Of a DNA stretch of 64,000 nt, positions 24,216-37,900 are shown piece by piece. The translations under genes were made by a program, and so were the position numbers. The stretch is from Takakia lepidozioides (lineage: Eukaryota; Plantae; Bryophyta). Within the stretch, counting starts at the first letter, position 1, and every line of letters begins with the position of its first letter. The notes under the pieces are model-generated. The model was not told the origin of the DNA, searched no databases, and was given only the letters and a program-made list of their open reading frames with translations. Location: contig CM060731.1 of NCBI GenBank assembly GCA_030704615.1, forward strand, positions 24,552,001-24,616,000, read 5' to 3'.

Positions 24216-27200
24216 CTCTTGTTCTGTCCACCCCGGTCATATATGCTTGGCCTAGCGACAAGTGCTCCATATTCCGTTGATAACACTGGCGCAGCCCGTG
24301 ACGGCTTTTGCGTTTCAACATGCAAATCATGCTGTAATGGTTTGTCATGGATACCACTCTACCCCTTCAACTTATTGGCATTGACTCTTCCCAGCATTTC
24401 GTTGTTAATGGTTTGTAACATGGCGGTGTTGTTATCATACATCTTTTGTATGACATAAGGTCATTTCCATGGTGATTTAAGCTTAGAAGCTTTAATCTTT
24501 CCCTTCTTATGTAGTATTTTCCTGCTGGTAGTCTCTTCTCCGAAATGACCTCCTGCCACTCCTTTATGAACTTCCTCCAAAACTTTATTAACTTCATGGT
24601 GGTATAAGCATTGCTTCAGCACTCCATCTGGTCCTAGCTTATACATTCTGCTCCCTACCATAGTGTAAGGTAGAGCCTTGATAGCAATTCTCTTTCTGTG
24701 CTCCTTTCCATAACTTGGTGGGCACTGACCATGAGCAAGGTAGTATCTGATTGGCCACTGCCAATCTAACTAGTCATATGCACTTCCCTGCACCTCCACT
24801 GCAAATAGACTCGCATCTGGTAATTGATCATCTACTCCCGTGGCTGGTTCTCCTGTTGATAACCGTGACAAGTGATCCGCCACAAGATGCAGTCTCTCAG
24901 GCTTGTAAACAACCTCGAACTCAAACTCGTGCAAGATTATCAACCATCTTGTTATTCTTCCGCTTATCAGAGGTTTGTTTACCAGGTATATCAGAGCCTG
25001 GTGATCCACATAGAACACAAACTTCTTGCCCAACAGGTAATGCCTGAATTTCTTCACTGCATAGATCATTGTCAATGCTTCTCTTTCCGTTGTGCTATAA
25101 TTTCTTTCGGCATTGTTCATCAATCGGCTAGCATAGTACACAGGTGAATCTATCCTTCCTGTTACATTTTGGGCTAACACTGCTCCTAGTGCTTCTCCAG
25201 AAGCATCACAGTGAACATGAAATATTTCCTGCTAGTGAGGACTAATCAGCACAGGTGTAGTTGTTACTAACAATGTAAGTTCCTCAAAAGCCTGTTGACA
25301 TTCAGGTGTCCATGCAAACACTGCATCTTTCTTCAGAAGTTTGCTCAATGGTGATGCTATCTGTGCATACCGTCTAACAAATCTTCTGTAATAGCTGGTT
25401 TGTCCAAGGAATCTCCTTAGACTCTTAACATTCACTGGTGGTGGAGAGGCTTTAATGGCCTTTGGGATCCACAAGAAGTCCCCTCTTACACACAATGTGT
25501 CCCAGAAGCACCCCTGAGCTCACACAGAAAATACACTTCTCTGGATTCAGGCCCAGACCTCTCATCCTGCATCTAGCCAGACATAACTCCAATTTATGCA
25601 AGTGCTCATTCTTAGAGCTGTACACACTGAAATCATCCAAGAACACCTGCATGAAATCATCCAGATACTCATGAAAAGATTCACTTATCACTCTCTGAAA
25701 GGTTGCTGGTGCATTACAAAGTCCAAAGGGCATGACTTTGTATGCATAAGCACCCCAGTCTGTGATGAAAGTTGTCTTTCCTTGGTCTTCTTCTGCCACT
25801 TGCACTTGATTATAACCACTGAAGCCATCCATGAATGAGTACATCTCATGGCCTGCCACAGTGTCTAATACTGCTTCTGTGAATGGCAAAGGGAAAGAAT
25901 CTTTCTTCGTACAAGCATTCAGCTTCTTGTAGTTCACACAAACTCTTAGTTTACCATTTTTCTTGGGAACTATCACAATGGGTGACAACCAAGTTGTATA
26001 CTCTATTGGGTATATAAACTTAGCCTCAGCCAACTTCTTGATCTCTTCTCCAACCTTCTGTGCGTAGTTGGGATTCATTCTGTACCTTGCCTGCTTGATT
26101 GGTACTGACCCCGGTTCCAGTTCAATCTTATGCTGACAGATTTCAGGTGGTATCCCTTTTAAATCCTCATAGCTCCAAGCAAATACATCTCTGTATTTGA
26201 TGAACAAACTCTTAGCTTCTTCAAAGAATTCTGGCTCCAAATCAGCTCCTACTTTCACCATCCTCGGTTCCTCTTTAGTTCCCACATTCACTTCCCTCAC
26301 TTGCTCATCAGCTGTGATTGTCCAACCAGTCACCACTTCATCCTGTAAACTCACAGTGGCTGGTTCCTCTAGGATTTCCATTTCTCCTTCTTTTTCTTCA
26401 TAGAAATGTGATGGGTAACTGCTGGTTTCCTCTTCAATCGGTGTTGTTGACACTACACCACAGCAGATACCCCTTAAACAACTTAGGCCTTCCAGCCGCA
26501 TCTCTGCAACCTGTTCCCACTTTGGGTGTGCAGCAAATAGGGTAGCTTCCTGCTCCACATCCAGTCCTCCTCTCCAGTCATACTCTCTGACCCCTCGAGG
26601 TCTTCTCGTAGCAGGTAATCTACTAGATTTCTTTGTGGTAATTTGTATCTCGTGTATCCCATTATGCACGGTTAGTAACTGAGAATTCCAGTCATGGAAT
26701 ACCCTGGCCTGTTTCAGCCACGGACGTCCCAATAATAAGGAGTAAGCCTCCATGACTTCATCCATCTTCAACACAATTACTGTGATCATAAAGATCATCT
26801 TCTGTATCTGTATCTTAACTCCTCTTATTAATCCCAATGGCTGTACACTTCTTTGATCTGCCATTGTTACTGTAAATGGGGCTGGTTTCATGTTACTTAG
26901 GCCAAGCTTCTTTCTTAATTGGTCTGTCATGATATTTACTCCTGAGCCTCCATCTATCAGTACATCAGTTAGTTCTGTGCTTCCAATTCTCAATTGGATT
27001 ACTGGCATAGAATCATCAAAGTCCATGACTGTTTCTCGCCCTTCCGGCTTCACATTATAACTGGTCACATTGATGTTCAGGTCTGTGTTTCCTGTCTCCT
27101 GGGCAATTCGATTGATTGCTTGATACAGCCTGTGTCTACAATAAGGTGCCACAGCCAATAGCTGTCCAATGGTAATCTCTGCTTTGGTCTGGCATATTAC

Positions 27201-29508
27201 TTCAGCCAAAGTCCCTTCATTATTTTGCATGTCTGCATCTTCTTTCTTCCTTTCATCCTCACTCACTTCTTCTTCTCCATCAGAATCAGAGGAATCTGCC
27301 ACAGGAATATCAGTACTCTTCTGCATTTCCCTTATGGTATCTGCCACTTCCTTGTGCAGTTCCTTCTCATCTCTCCAAGCCTCATCATCTTCAGGCATAT
27401 CACTGCCACCTTCATTATCATCCTGTTCCTCTACTACTGGAGGTATTACTTCTTGTTACTATCATTGTACTTACTTCTGGTACAACACATGGCCTAACCA
27501 TGTGAGCTGCCACCACTGGGCCCTCATTCACAGGAGCTCTCATCTCATTCTGGTGTCTAATCCAGAATGAACAGGCTGCCTTGCGATGTCCTGGCTGATT
27601 ACAATAGTAACATAGTTCTTCACTATCGGGTCCTCGCCCTTGGTCTGCTCTTGGATTATTTCTGTAATCCTGATTCCCGGGCTGGTAATTCCCCCTTGGA
27701 TTACCCTGATAGTTGCCTCTGGATTTTCCTTGGTAATTCCCTCTTGAATTATCTCTCCCTTCCATGCCATTGTTATAACCACCAGACCTACCATAGTGGT
27801 CCTGATCATTGTTTCTTCTTGGCTGGGGCTGTACCTGATGCACCTTTACTTGCCTAGGTTCTCTTGCAACTGTCCTTCTGTTGTAGTAACAATTCTCAGT
27901 AGAATGGTTATCCATTTTACAGATAGTACAGTGTTTCTCCTTCATGTGGCATTCTGTGGTGGTATGGCCTTCATTCTGGCACTTTGCACACCAAACACCC
28001 TTCCTCCAATGTGTTGCAGCCTCTGTGGCATACTTCTTCAAGATTTCTTCCAATCTTTTCTCATAGTTATCTCTCTTCAACTTCTCCTTTCTCTTACTCT
28101 TCCTTTTTAGTTCTTGCTCTTCTTCTTCATCTCACTCATCCTCAGAGTCCTCATCATCCCTTTTCTCTCTCCTGAGCATTCCCAATTGCTCAATTTTGTT
28201 TGCAGTTTCAAATGCCTCCTCCACTGTATTATGGGGTAACATATCCACTTTCTTTTGCAACTCTGGTCTTAGTCCACTCACAAACCAAGTCTTCTGTAAA
28301 CCTGGTGCTGGTACAGCACCCAGCTTTTTCATCATCAATTCCATCTTTTCCATATACTCCTCAACAGTTTCATGCTTCTTTTGCTTTAACTGTTGTAAAC
28401 TTCCATACACTTCATCCTCAGTTTTACTTGTCCTGAACCTATTTCGGAATGCTGTATTCAAGCCATTCCAGGTTAGGAAATGATTATCAGGGAATCTTGC
28501 ATACCATTCACTTGCTTTCTTTATAAGTGAACAAGGAAACAATCTCATCTTGGCGTCATCGCCATTCTCATTGTTCACTATACACATGTGCTCAAATTGG
28601 CTAATGTGTACATCGGGATCCCCTTTTCCTGAATATATTGGAAAAGGTGGTTTTGCCCGTGTTGGTTGTAACGCCATCTGTGGCCCTACCTTCTGCCCCC
28701 TGACAGGTGCTGGCACCCTTGCTGGTGCTGGTCCTTCTGGACCTGTTGTTGTTGTGGTGGATCTTCCACCAAGTGGTGGCCCTTGAGCACTCCCTGCTTC
28801 TGGCCCCACGATATTCACAGTATTCCCAGCTTCAGTTGCACTACTTCCCACACTCCTTGTCCCCCCAGAGCCAGATCCAGGCAGCCCGCCTGATCCCCCT
28901 GAGCCGACACCTTCGTTGGCCTGTGATCCAAGTGCTCCACTTGATCTAGGTCCAACGGGTTGGGATGTCCTGGTTGTAGTCTCAACCTCAGCTGTTGGGT
29001 CTACTTCTTCATACTCTTCCTCTTCCAATTTCTTCTCTCTGTTTTCATCCTCCAAGTTCTGCCCTTGGGTTTCTTCTTCACTCATGTTACTCAACTGCAA
29101 TGGTGTTGGAGAGTCTGAACTCTCCGTTGGCTCTGCCACATCCTCTCCTCCTTCTTCACCTTCCGCTTTAGAAACTGGAGTTCCTGCTTTTGGTGTTCCA
29201 TGCCAACTCTTATCAAAGATTTCTGTCAAATCTTTTATCCAGGGATGTACCTCAGATCTTTCACCTCGTGATTGATCTTCTTCCCGTACCAATTCCCTTA
29301 ATCTTTCTTGCAAAGAAAAAGAAGGAGTGGCATCCAACTCTAGTTCTTCCGGTATGGGTGATGTACTCTCTGATCTTAATGGTGTGAGAGGTCCAGATGA
29401 TTCCCCTATGTCTATTCCTCTCTCCCAAAGATATGGATAATTAGCTTTCAGATAGCTTTCTCTTTTTGCTGAATATCTCTGGCGTCTAGCTTCTCTTTCA
29501 TCACTCAT
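23993..29508 (-). pseudogene. gag-pol: gag-pol of copy 4 with the integrase core deleted
   Basis: gag 28132-29508, NC 27418-28080, PR-RT 25452-27398, RH 24770-25180. The junction RKILH|KKGKIKAS at ~24512 removes ~830 bp relative to copy 3. Confidence 0.92.
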
Positions 29509-29529
29509 GTCCCATGTCTTTCATTTCTT

Positions 29530-30225
29530 TTAATGTGGCAATAACCAAAACTCTCTTCTGTAATATCTCTCGTATATGCCTGGGTTTCTCTCAAGCTTCA
29601 ATGCACCCTTGGCTATACTAGAAGTCTCCGTTACCATATAACCATATGGCAAACAAGTCTGGAAAGTTGTTCTTGGTGTGAGTTTGATCCACAAAATATC
29701 CTTTGGAATCCAATTCTTTACCAGTACAAGCTCTTCATGCATATGAGTATAAACATTCACCTTTCTTTCCTCCCAGCCTTCAAACTCTACTCGCTTAATG
29801 GATAGCAATGCTATCACATAAACCAGTGTTGGTAACCGACGTGCTCTTCCTCTACAGGCCACCTGATAAATCTTTATCACTCCTTTCTCCAGACCCCATT
29901 CAGGGTCAGCATCATGCACTCTCTTAAGAATGTTTTCTTTACAACCGTCTGGCAATTCCAAGAACCTCTGAAAGAATGGTTTGGATAATCTTTCCTTCTC
30001 AGTTTCACAAGGAATTTGATTTACATCAAATTCTTTAATTCTCCAACCACCATGATCCCACCAGATGCCTGTCACATCTGGTTGTTCATGACCCAGTTCC
30101 CCAGTATGGTCGCCAAATGTCACGCGGCTTTTACTCACCCATCCCTTTGCTATCCGAGGCGGAAACTCCAAGATAGAAGAGTTGGAAATCTCTAAGCACT
30201 CAGCCTACTCAGAACAATCAGTCAT
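29530..30225 (-). pseudogene. ORF0 of copy 4 (~231 aa from an ATG inside the LTR, one early TAG)
   Basis: Open for 213 codons at 29530-30171, in frame with the LTR ATG at 30225 (MTDCSE*AECLEIS...). Confidence 0.6.
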
Positions 30226-31060
30226 GACCTACAGCTAGTGTATCATGGGGTTGTTTCCTATTTGTTTTCCTTCCCGCATTCATGTTAGCTGGTTACCTTT
30301 CTGTTGGTAATTAAGTATCAGTTTGCTTCAGCAATCTATCGGATTCCATCATCTCATCCATTCATTCCACAGCTTCACTCAAATCTCTCTACACAGTGTG
30401 AGTATGAAGCTATGTATCAGATTAATATCTATCAAGTATCAGGCTGAAGCCATGGAGTCTCTAATCTGCTCTACATTACAACCCTACTGCTTGCATTCAT
30501 TAATCATCAACAGACCGTCCTCCTGCTACTCTGTGCTCTCTCTCTCTTTCCGCTCAGAGATGCGCTCTCTCCTCCTTTCCTCCCGTGATGTCCGAAGTCC
30601 CCCCCGAGCAGCGATTCCCCCAAGAAGTGATAATTTTCCCGTCCTTGCTCCTCGCTTTATCTTCCTACCCGTTGCTCTAACCGTTTCCCTCACTGACCGT
30701 CATCCGTGTACTAACATGTTCCATTTGTAGATGTTGTTCCCCCCCAGTCGTTCCCTGTCCTGCTATCCGTTCCCTATGGTCGTGACAGCTGTGACTGGCT
30801 GTGCGACTGTGTCGAGCTGTGACTGACTGTGACGGGCTGTGTCGGCTGTGACAAGCTGTGTTGGCTGTGACGGGCTGTGTCGGCTGTGTCGGACTGTGAC
30901 GAGTTGTGTTGGCTGTGTCGGACTGTGACGGACTGTGTAACTCCCTTCTAAAGTGCGCTGCTGTCACCCCTAAGGCTCCTGTTGGTCTCAGTCTATGCAA
31001 AAATTAAGGGTACCCCACAGATCCCGTATAAGTGTCTAAGTCCCAGACAATCCTCTAACA
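30118..31060 (-). repeat. LTR family A, 5' LTR of copy 4
   Basis: Highly similar to 19389-20311, with the PBS adjacent at 30098-30115. Confidence 0.95.
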
Positions 31061-31065
31061 GAGAG

Positions 31066-34043
31066 GAGGACTGGATGAGGAGCAGGAAGCTACCTTGTTC
31101 GCTGCACATCCAGAATGGGAGCAGGTTGCAGAGATGCGACTAGAAGGCCTAAGTTGTTTAAGAGGTCTCTGCTGTGGTGTAGTGTCAGCAACACCAATTG
31201 AAGAGGAAACCAGCAGTTACCCATCACATTTCTATGAAGAAAGAGAAGGAGAAATGCAAATCCTAGAGGAACCAGCCACTGTGAGTTTACAGGATGAAGT
31301 GGTGACTGGTTGGACAATCACAGCTGATGAGCAGGTGAGGGAAGTGAATGTGGGAACTGAAGAGGAACCGAGGATGGTGAAGGTAGGAGCTGATTTGGAG
31401 CCAGAATTCTTTGAAGAAGCTAAGAGTTTGTTCCTCAAATACAGAGATGTATTTGCTTGGAGCTATGAGGATCTAAAAGGGATACCACCTGAAATCTGTC
31501 AGCATAAGATTGAACTGGAACCAGGATCAGTACCAATCAAGCAGGCAAGGTACAAAATGAATCCCAACTATGCACAGAAGGTTGGAGAAGAGATCAAGAA
31601 GTTGGCTGAGGCTATGTTTATATACCCAATAGAGTATACAACTTGGTTGTCACCCATTGTGATAGTTCCCAAGAAGAATGGTAAACTAAGAGTTTGTGTG
31701 AACTACAAGAAGCTGAATGCTTGTACGAAGAAAGATCCTTTCCCTTTGCCATTCACAGAAGCAGTATTGGACACTGTGGCAAGCCATGAGATATACTCAT
31801 TCATGGATGGCTTCAGTGGTTATAATCAAGTGCAAGTGGCAGAAGAAGACCAGGGAAAGACAGTTTTCATCACAGACTGGGGTGCTTATGCGTACAAAGT
31901 CATGCCCTTTGGACTTTGTAATGCACCAGCAACCTTTCAGAGAGTGATAAGTGAATCTTTTCATGAGTATCTGGATGATTTCATGCAGGTATTCTTGGAT
32001 GATTTCAGTGTGTACAGCTCTAAGAATGAGCACTTGCATAAATTGGAGTTATGTCTGGCCAGATGCAGGATGAGAGGTCTGGGCCTGAATCCAGAGAAGT
32101 GTACTTTCTGTGTGAACTCAGGGGTGCTGTTGGGACACATTGTGTGCAAGAAGGGACTTCTTGTGGATCCCAGAAAGACAGAGGCCATTAAAGCCTCTCC
32201 ACCCCCAGTAAATGCAAAGAGTCTAAGGAGATTCCTGGGACAAACCAGCTATTACAGAAGATTTGTTAGACGGTATGCACAGATAGCAGCACCATTGAGC
32301 AAACTTCTGAAGAAAGATGCAGTGTTTGCATGGACACCTGAATGTCAACAGGCTTTTGAGGAACTTACATTGTTAGTAACAACTACACCTGTGCTGATTA
32401 ATCCTCAATGGCAGGAAATATTTCATGTTCACTGTGATGCTTCTGGAGAAGCACTGGGAGCAGTGTTAGCCCAAAATGTTGCAGGAAGGATAGATTCACC
32501 TGTGTACTATGCTAGCCGATTGATGAACAATGCCGAAAGAAATTATAGTACAACGGAAAGAGAAGCATTGGCAATGACCTATGCAGTGAAGAAATTCAGG
32601 CATTACCTGTTGGGCAAGAAGTTTATGTTCTATGTGGATCACCAGGCTCTGACATACCTGGTAAACAAACCTCCGATAAGCAGAAGAATAGCAAGATGGT
32701 TGATAATCTTGCACGAGTTTGAGTTCGAGGTTGTTTATAAGCCTGGGAGGCTGCATCTTGTGGCGGATCACTTGTCACGGTTATCAACAGGAGAACCAGC
32801 CACGGGAGTAGATGATCAATTACCAGATGCGAGTCTATTTGCAGTGGAGGTGCAGGGAAGTGCAGATGACTAGTTAGATTGGCAGTGGCCAATCAGATAC
32901 TACCTTGCTCATGGTCAGTGCCCACCAAGTTATGGAAAGGAGCACAGAAAGAGAATTGTTATCAAGGCTCTACCTTACACTATGGTAGGGAGCAGAATGT
33001 ATAAGCTAGGACCAGATGGACTGCTGAAGCGATGCTTATACCACCATGAAGTTAATAAAGTTTTGAAGGAAGTTCATAAAGGAGTGGCAGGAGGTCATTT
33101 TGGAGAAGAGACTACCAGTACGAAGATACTACATGCAGGTGACTGGTGGCCTACTTTGTTCAAAGATGTACACAAGTATTGTCAGAGTTGTGATGAATGT
33201 CAGAGGCTAGGACCTTTGCAGAGATCTGGGAAGATGGCTTTGCATCCTACAATGCCTACGGAACCATTTCAGAAATGGGGACTAGACTTTGTTGGACCAA
33301 TTAACCCACCAGCCAAGAATACACAGAACAGGTACATAATTACAGCCACTGATTATACTACGAAGTGGGTGGAAGCTAAAGCTTAGAGGGACAACACAGC
33401 CAAGTCCACAACAAGGTTCCTGTATGAGAACATACTTACACGATTTGGCTGTCCCTTGGAATTTATCAGTGATAAGGGAAGTCACTTCATTAATGAGACC
33501 ATTGAACTATTGACTAAAAAGTTCATGATTGTGCATAGGAAGAGTACAACGTATTACCCACAGGGTAATGGGCAGGCAGAGGCTACCAACAAAATACTAT
33601 GTACTATCTTGGCTAAGATAGTCAATGCAAACAGAACGGATTGGGATACAAAGCTGCTGACAGCTTTGTGGTCATACAGGACTTCATATAAAGTCACCAC
33701 TAAGTATACACCATTCCAATTAGTTTATGGTATGAAAGCTTTACTTCCAGTGGAATTCCTGTTACCTACCATGAGAACGGAATGGGGAAAGAGAATGGAA
33801 TTGCAAGATTCAATTAAGGTCAGGAAACATGAATTATACCATGTGGAAGAAGTACGTGCTGATGCAGCTGATAACATGACCAGAATTCAGATGAAGAGAA
33901 AGCAACAGTTTGATGAAGGCAAGTTAAAGACTTTTAAGACGGGAGATTTGGTTCTCTGGTTGCAGAAGAAGGGAAAGATTAAAGCTTCTAAGCTTAAATC
34001 ACCATGGAAAGGACCTTATGTCATACAGAAGATTTGTCGCTAG
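31066..34043 (+). pseudogene. pol: pol of copy 3, 3' part: RT, RNase H, integrase
   Basis: FMQVFLDD; HCDASGEALGAVL; HHCC (H...GHFG...CDEC); DDE (GLDFVG, SDKGSHF, NGQAE); GPY/F motif WKGPY. Stops at 32871 and 33384. Confidence 0.95.
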
Positions 34044-34932
34044 GCCGAGCGTATATGACCAGGGCGGGAAGTACAGGCGCGACATAGCCTATCACAGCCC
34101 ATCACAGCATGACACAGCCTATCACAACCTACCACAGCGTGTCACAGCCTATCACAGCTTACCACAGTACGACACAGCCTATCACAGCGTACCACAGTAT
34201 GACACAGCCTGTCACAGCTCAACACAGCTTACTGAGGTTACACAGTCCATAGGATCCGTGACAGGTGGACGTGGTTAACATCCGGAGAGTGGCCAGCGGA
34301 AAAGTGGCCAAAGGCACGTGTAGAAATGGACACGTGGACGCCAGGGCGAGACACACAGCCGGACATGGATTGCAAGGGCGACTGTCATCAAGGAAGAAGA
34401 CAAAATTGGCCGTCAAAGTACCTACCCGGCACATTAACTTATTATGGGCCCATTAATGCTTACAGGGAAAGGGTAACGGAACCCTTTAAAAGTACCGAAA
34501 AGCGAAATCCATGTCACATGTGCTATCCTAGTGGACAGTCCAGAGTGGAAAATCCATGGAAGGAAATTAAATCTAAAATCCAGTCACAGCGGTTACAGCC
34601 AATCATAAGCCAGAAGCAGGATCAAGAAATTGGAGGGATTTTAAGCGCAAGAGTCGGCGTCGTTCCAAGTAACGGGCGTCTCGACGGGACAGACCATCAA
34701 TGCTATAGCTTTGAAGCTATGGAGGAACTAACAGACTATACGCTCGATACTACTTACGCAGTGGCACGGGGATAGGATAACATAGAGTATCTTTTCTCTT
34801 AATCGATGCTTGCAAGCCCCGCAGGCTTACAAGAAATTACCCATAGCATTTTGTGGCAACCATACGTTTATGCTTTGTGCCCTGCAGGCATTTCTTCAAT
34901 TGTTACAACCAAAACCTTTCTGTGGGTCTAGA

Positions 34933-37900
34933 ATGAAGAGAGTGAGAGGAATGGAAGAAATCAGGGTGAAGAGCACCACAATCCTGCAGAAACAAACGAT
35001 TGCTACTCCACAGGCGGTACAGTTACTGAAGGAGCTGCGATTAGAAGGATTGCAAAGCAAAGATTGGACATTGCACCATAGGCAGTACATGTTACAGTTC
35101 TTGCAGAACTTTGAGCCTAGGACAGGAGCAACAACGGTGAAGGGAGTTGAATTAGAAATTACTCCTCTATACCTACAGCAATTGTTTGAATTGCCATCAG
35201 TTCAGGTGCATGTGGAGGAGCACAGGGCAAGACTGCAAATAGGGGACTTATTCCAAGAAGGGAGTTTCTTTAAAACTCAGGGTTATGCTTGTACCAAGGC
35301 CGTGTACCCAGGGCTAACAGAGGTAGGCCAGGTATTGAACGTTCTGTTTGCCATGAAACAGAACCAACAGTATTTGAGCAGATCCTTCACAGAGGAAATA
35401 CTCAAAGCCCTGAGAGGAGAAGAGGTAGCATGGGCGGACATAATGTACAACGCACTGGTAGAGGAGATGAAGAGATTACAGGGCACTGCCGCAAAGTCTC
35501 CTATCATAGTGTCTCGCCCAATCATTGCTCAAATAATTCTTGATTCTTGCATACTTGATGCTCGGGAAAGAAAGGAGATGTGAGTGTTTGAGGCCGAAAC
35601 CACTGCAATGGAAGAGCAAGGCTCTTCACACAGTGAGGGTGGGCTGGCAGGGCAACCCCAGTCTAAGAGACAGAGGCGGGGAAAAACTGTAGTGGCGAAT
35701 CCACTGGCTTCACGGAAACCGCATGATAATGTTTCCCAAGCTCTTGTGCAGGAAGGGGCATAGCAGCACAGAGAGCTTCTATTATTGGAAGCAGGGCCTT
35801 CAGAGAGGGAAGAGGAAGTTACTTCAGTATCACAGCCATCACAACCAGATGATCGGCTTGTCATAGAGTTACCACAAGTTGTCCATGCAGTTCCACCACA
35901 AATAATTGATTTGGAGAAAGAAGGGTTAGATATCCCCACTACAGAACAGGTGGTGGCAGAAATTGAGAAGGGGGACCTTCTCTATGAAAATTCTGGTTTG
36001 GTCAGGGAAACAATGATTGCAGAGGTACAGCGGTTGTCCAGGGGAAACCCTGCTGTGCATATAATACACACACCTGTGACGGAGGTACCATAGGTAGAAT
36101 GTCAAGACACTGCAACACCTGTGACGGATGAAGTGGTTCAGGAAGAAAATCTGGTGGGGCAATGGCCTGAATGGTTCGTGAGACATCACACGGTTGAGGA
36201 TCAGGGAGAACAGCAGCAAGCTCACCATGATGACCCTCAATAGGCCATGCTTATGAGTTCCATAAGCATGACACTTAATTTGTTGGGCACTTATGTCAAA
36301 TCCCATGTTCCAACTACCCAATTGGCAGCTTTGAGGGAGGAACTCAGGAAGGAGTTTGAGGCTCGACTTGCCACTGAGTGTGCAAACAAGGTTGATGAGG
36401 AGGTCACTCTCAAGATACAGCAAGACTTAGAGAGTACAAAAGCTGCTTTGCAATTGGCCAAGGAACAATTGATTGAGGCAGGCCTCGCGCAAGACCAATT
36501 GCACGAAGCACATAAACAACAGCTATACCAAATGCAGGTGAAGCATGAAAGCAAGTTGCAAGAAGTGAATGCACTACATATTAAGTTGTAGACAGTGCAT
36601 GACACGATGGCCATACAATGTGCTACACTCACCACTACGCTTGAGCACACTACATTAGAAGTTAACAGTCAAGCGGAAAGATGTATGAAGGCAGAGGCAG
36701 AGAATGTCCAGCAAACGAAACTCATTGTCGATATGAAGAATACAATCTGTTGCAATGAGAATACCTTCAAGCAATACAGGCAGGTTGAAGCTGACCAAGA
36801 GAGGTACATCCTGGAATTGCAACAAACGCTCATGTCCAATAGAAATGAACTCTCTGTGGCTAACAAGGCTTGGAAGGAAGCCAATAATCTGGCTGCTGCA
36901 TATGCAAATTTGGTTGAACCTCATGCGAAGTGCATGGAGGCTTTACAGCAGCAGATAGATGTGTACAGGCTCACAGAGGAGCAGACTCTCAGGGGTGCCA
37001 CAAGCAACTTGGTGGATAACCACCTTATGCAGGTCTGGTTAGCACAAGGGCCGGTGGAAGGCAAAGCACCACGAAAGCTCACCCAAAGCGAGATGAATGA
37101 GCTCAGACTGCAAGTGCAGAACATTGCCACAATTACTATAGACAATGTCTATAGTAGGATAGCGGAGCTACAAGAGGATGTAGACGACCTGCAGACTCAG
37201 GTGGAGGACCTGACATCAAATATTGACAAGAGAGTCTTTGTACCTGAGGAACAACTAATGGCTTCTTATTTACAAGCCAAAACTTTGGCTTTTCAGTCTT
37301 CTTCGCAGGGGGTGCAGGAGATGCCAATGGTACAAGAGCCAGTGCCACCAACACCACAACAAGTCACTGTGCCAGTAGCTGATCCTATTGTTACTACAAC
37401 CACACCACAGCCACCACAGCCTGAGGTACGGGGGAATGCTGCTTTTAACCCACCTAAAACTCCTGCTGCACGGGAGTACAGTCGGGCTATGATTATGCCC
37501 TTCAACCAAATTCCCATTGTGTTGGATTTGGCTTGGAAGGAATTTAGTCCTCCGCAGTCGTTGGCACATTACTATCAAATCATGCGCATTTGGCTACCAG
37601 TGGCAACTAGGACTAAAGTTCTTCCGAACAATCGACCAATTGAGGATCATCACTTTGCGCAGTACTGGCATGAAGCAAGTACCATGTTGAAAGAATTAAT
37701 TGCCTTCCAAGTTGTACATGGATTCATTTATACCAAGACCAAGGAAGTAGCAAGTATTGTCATGGGCTGCGGGTTATACTACGCTGCTTGTTTTCTGGCA
37801 CGTTATCACATTGAGCAGCAGAAGATGCAATCGCGCTTTCTGAGTTATTCCAGTGGGGATCATTGGGTCTTACCTTCAGTGCCACCTCATATGTACCTAT

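Larger units (their letters stand above)
19389..31060 (-). mobile_element. Family A copy 4, both LTRs present, 5-bp TSD GAGAG, internal deletions
   Basis: LTRs at 19389-20311 and 30118-31060. TSD GAGAG at 19384-19388 and 31061-31065; removing the element restores the pol of copy 3. PBS at 30098-30115, PPT at 20315-20328. Confidence 0.96.

Noticed and set aside
31095-34043. Assignment of family A to Tat/Ogre
   Set aside because: The PBS and 5' ORF are Ogre-like, but no additional archaeal-type RNase H is visible in pol.
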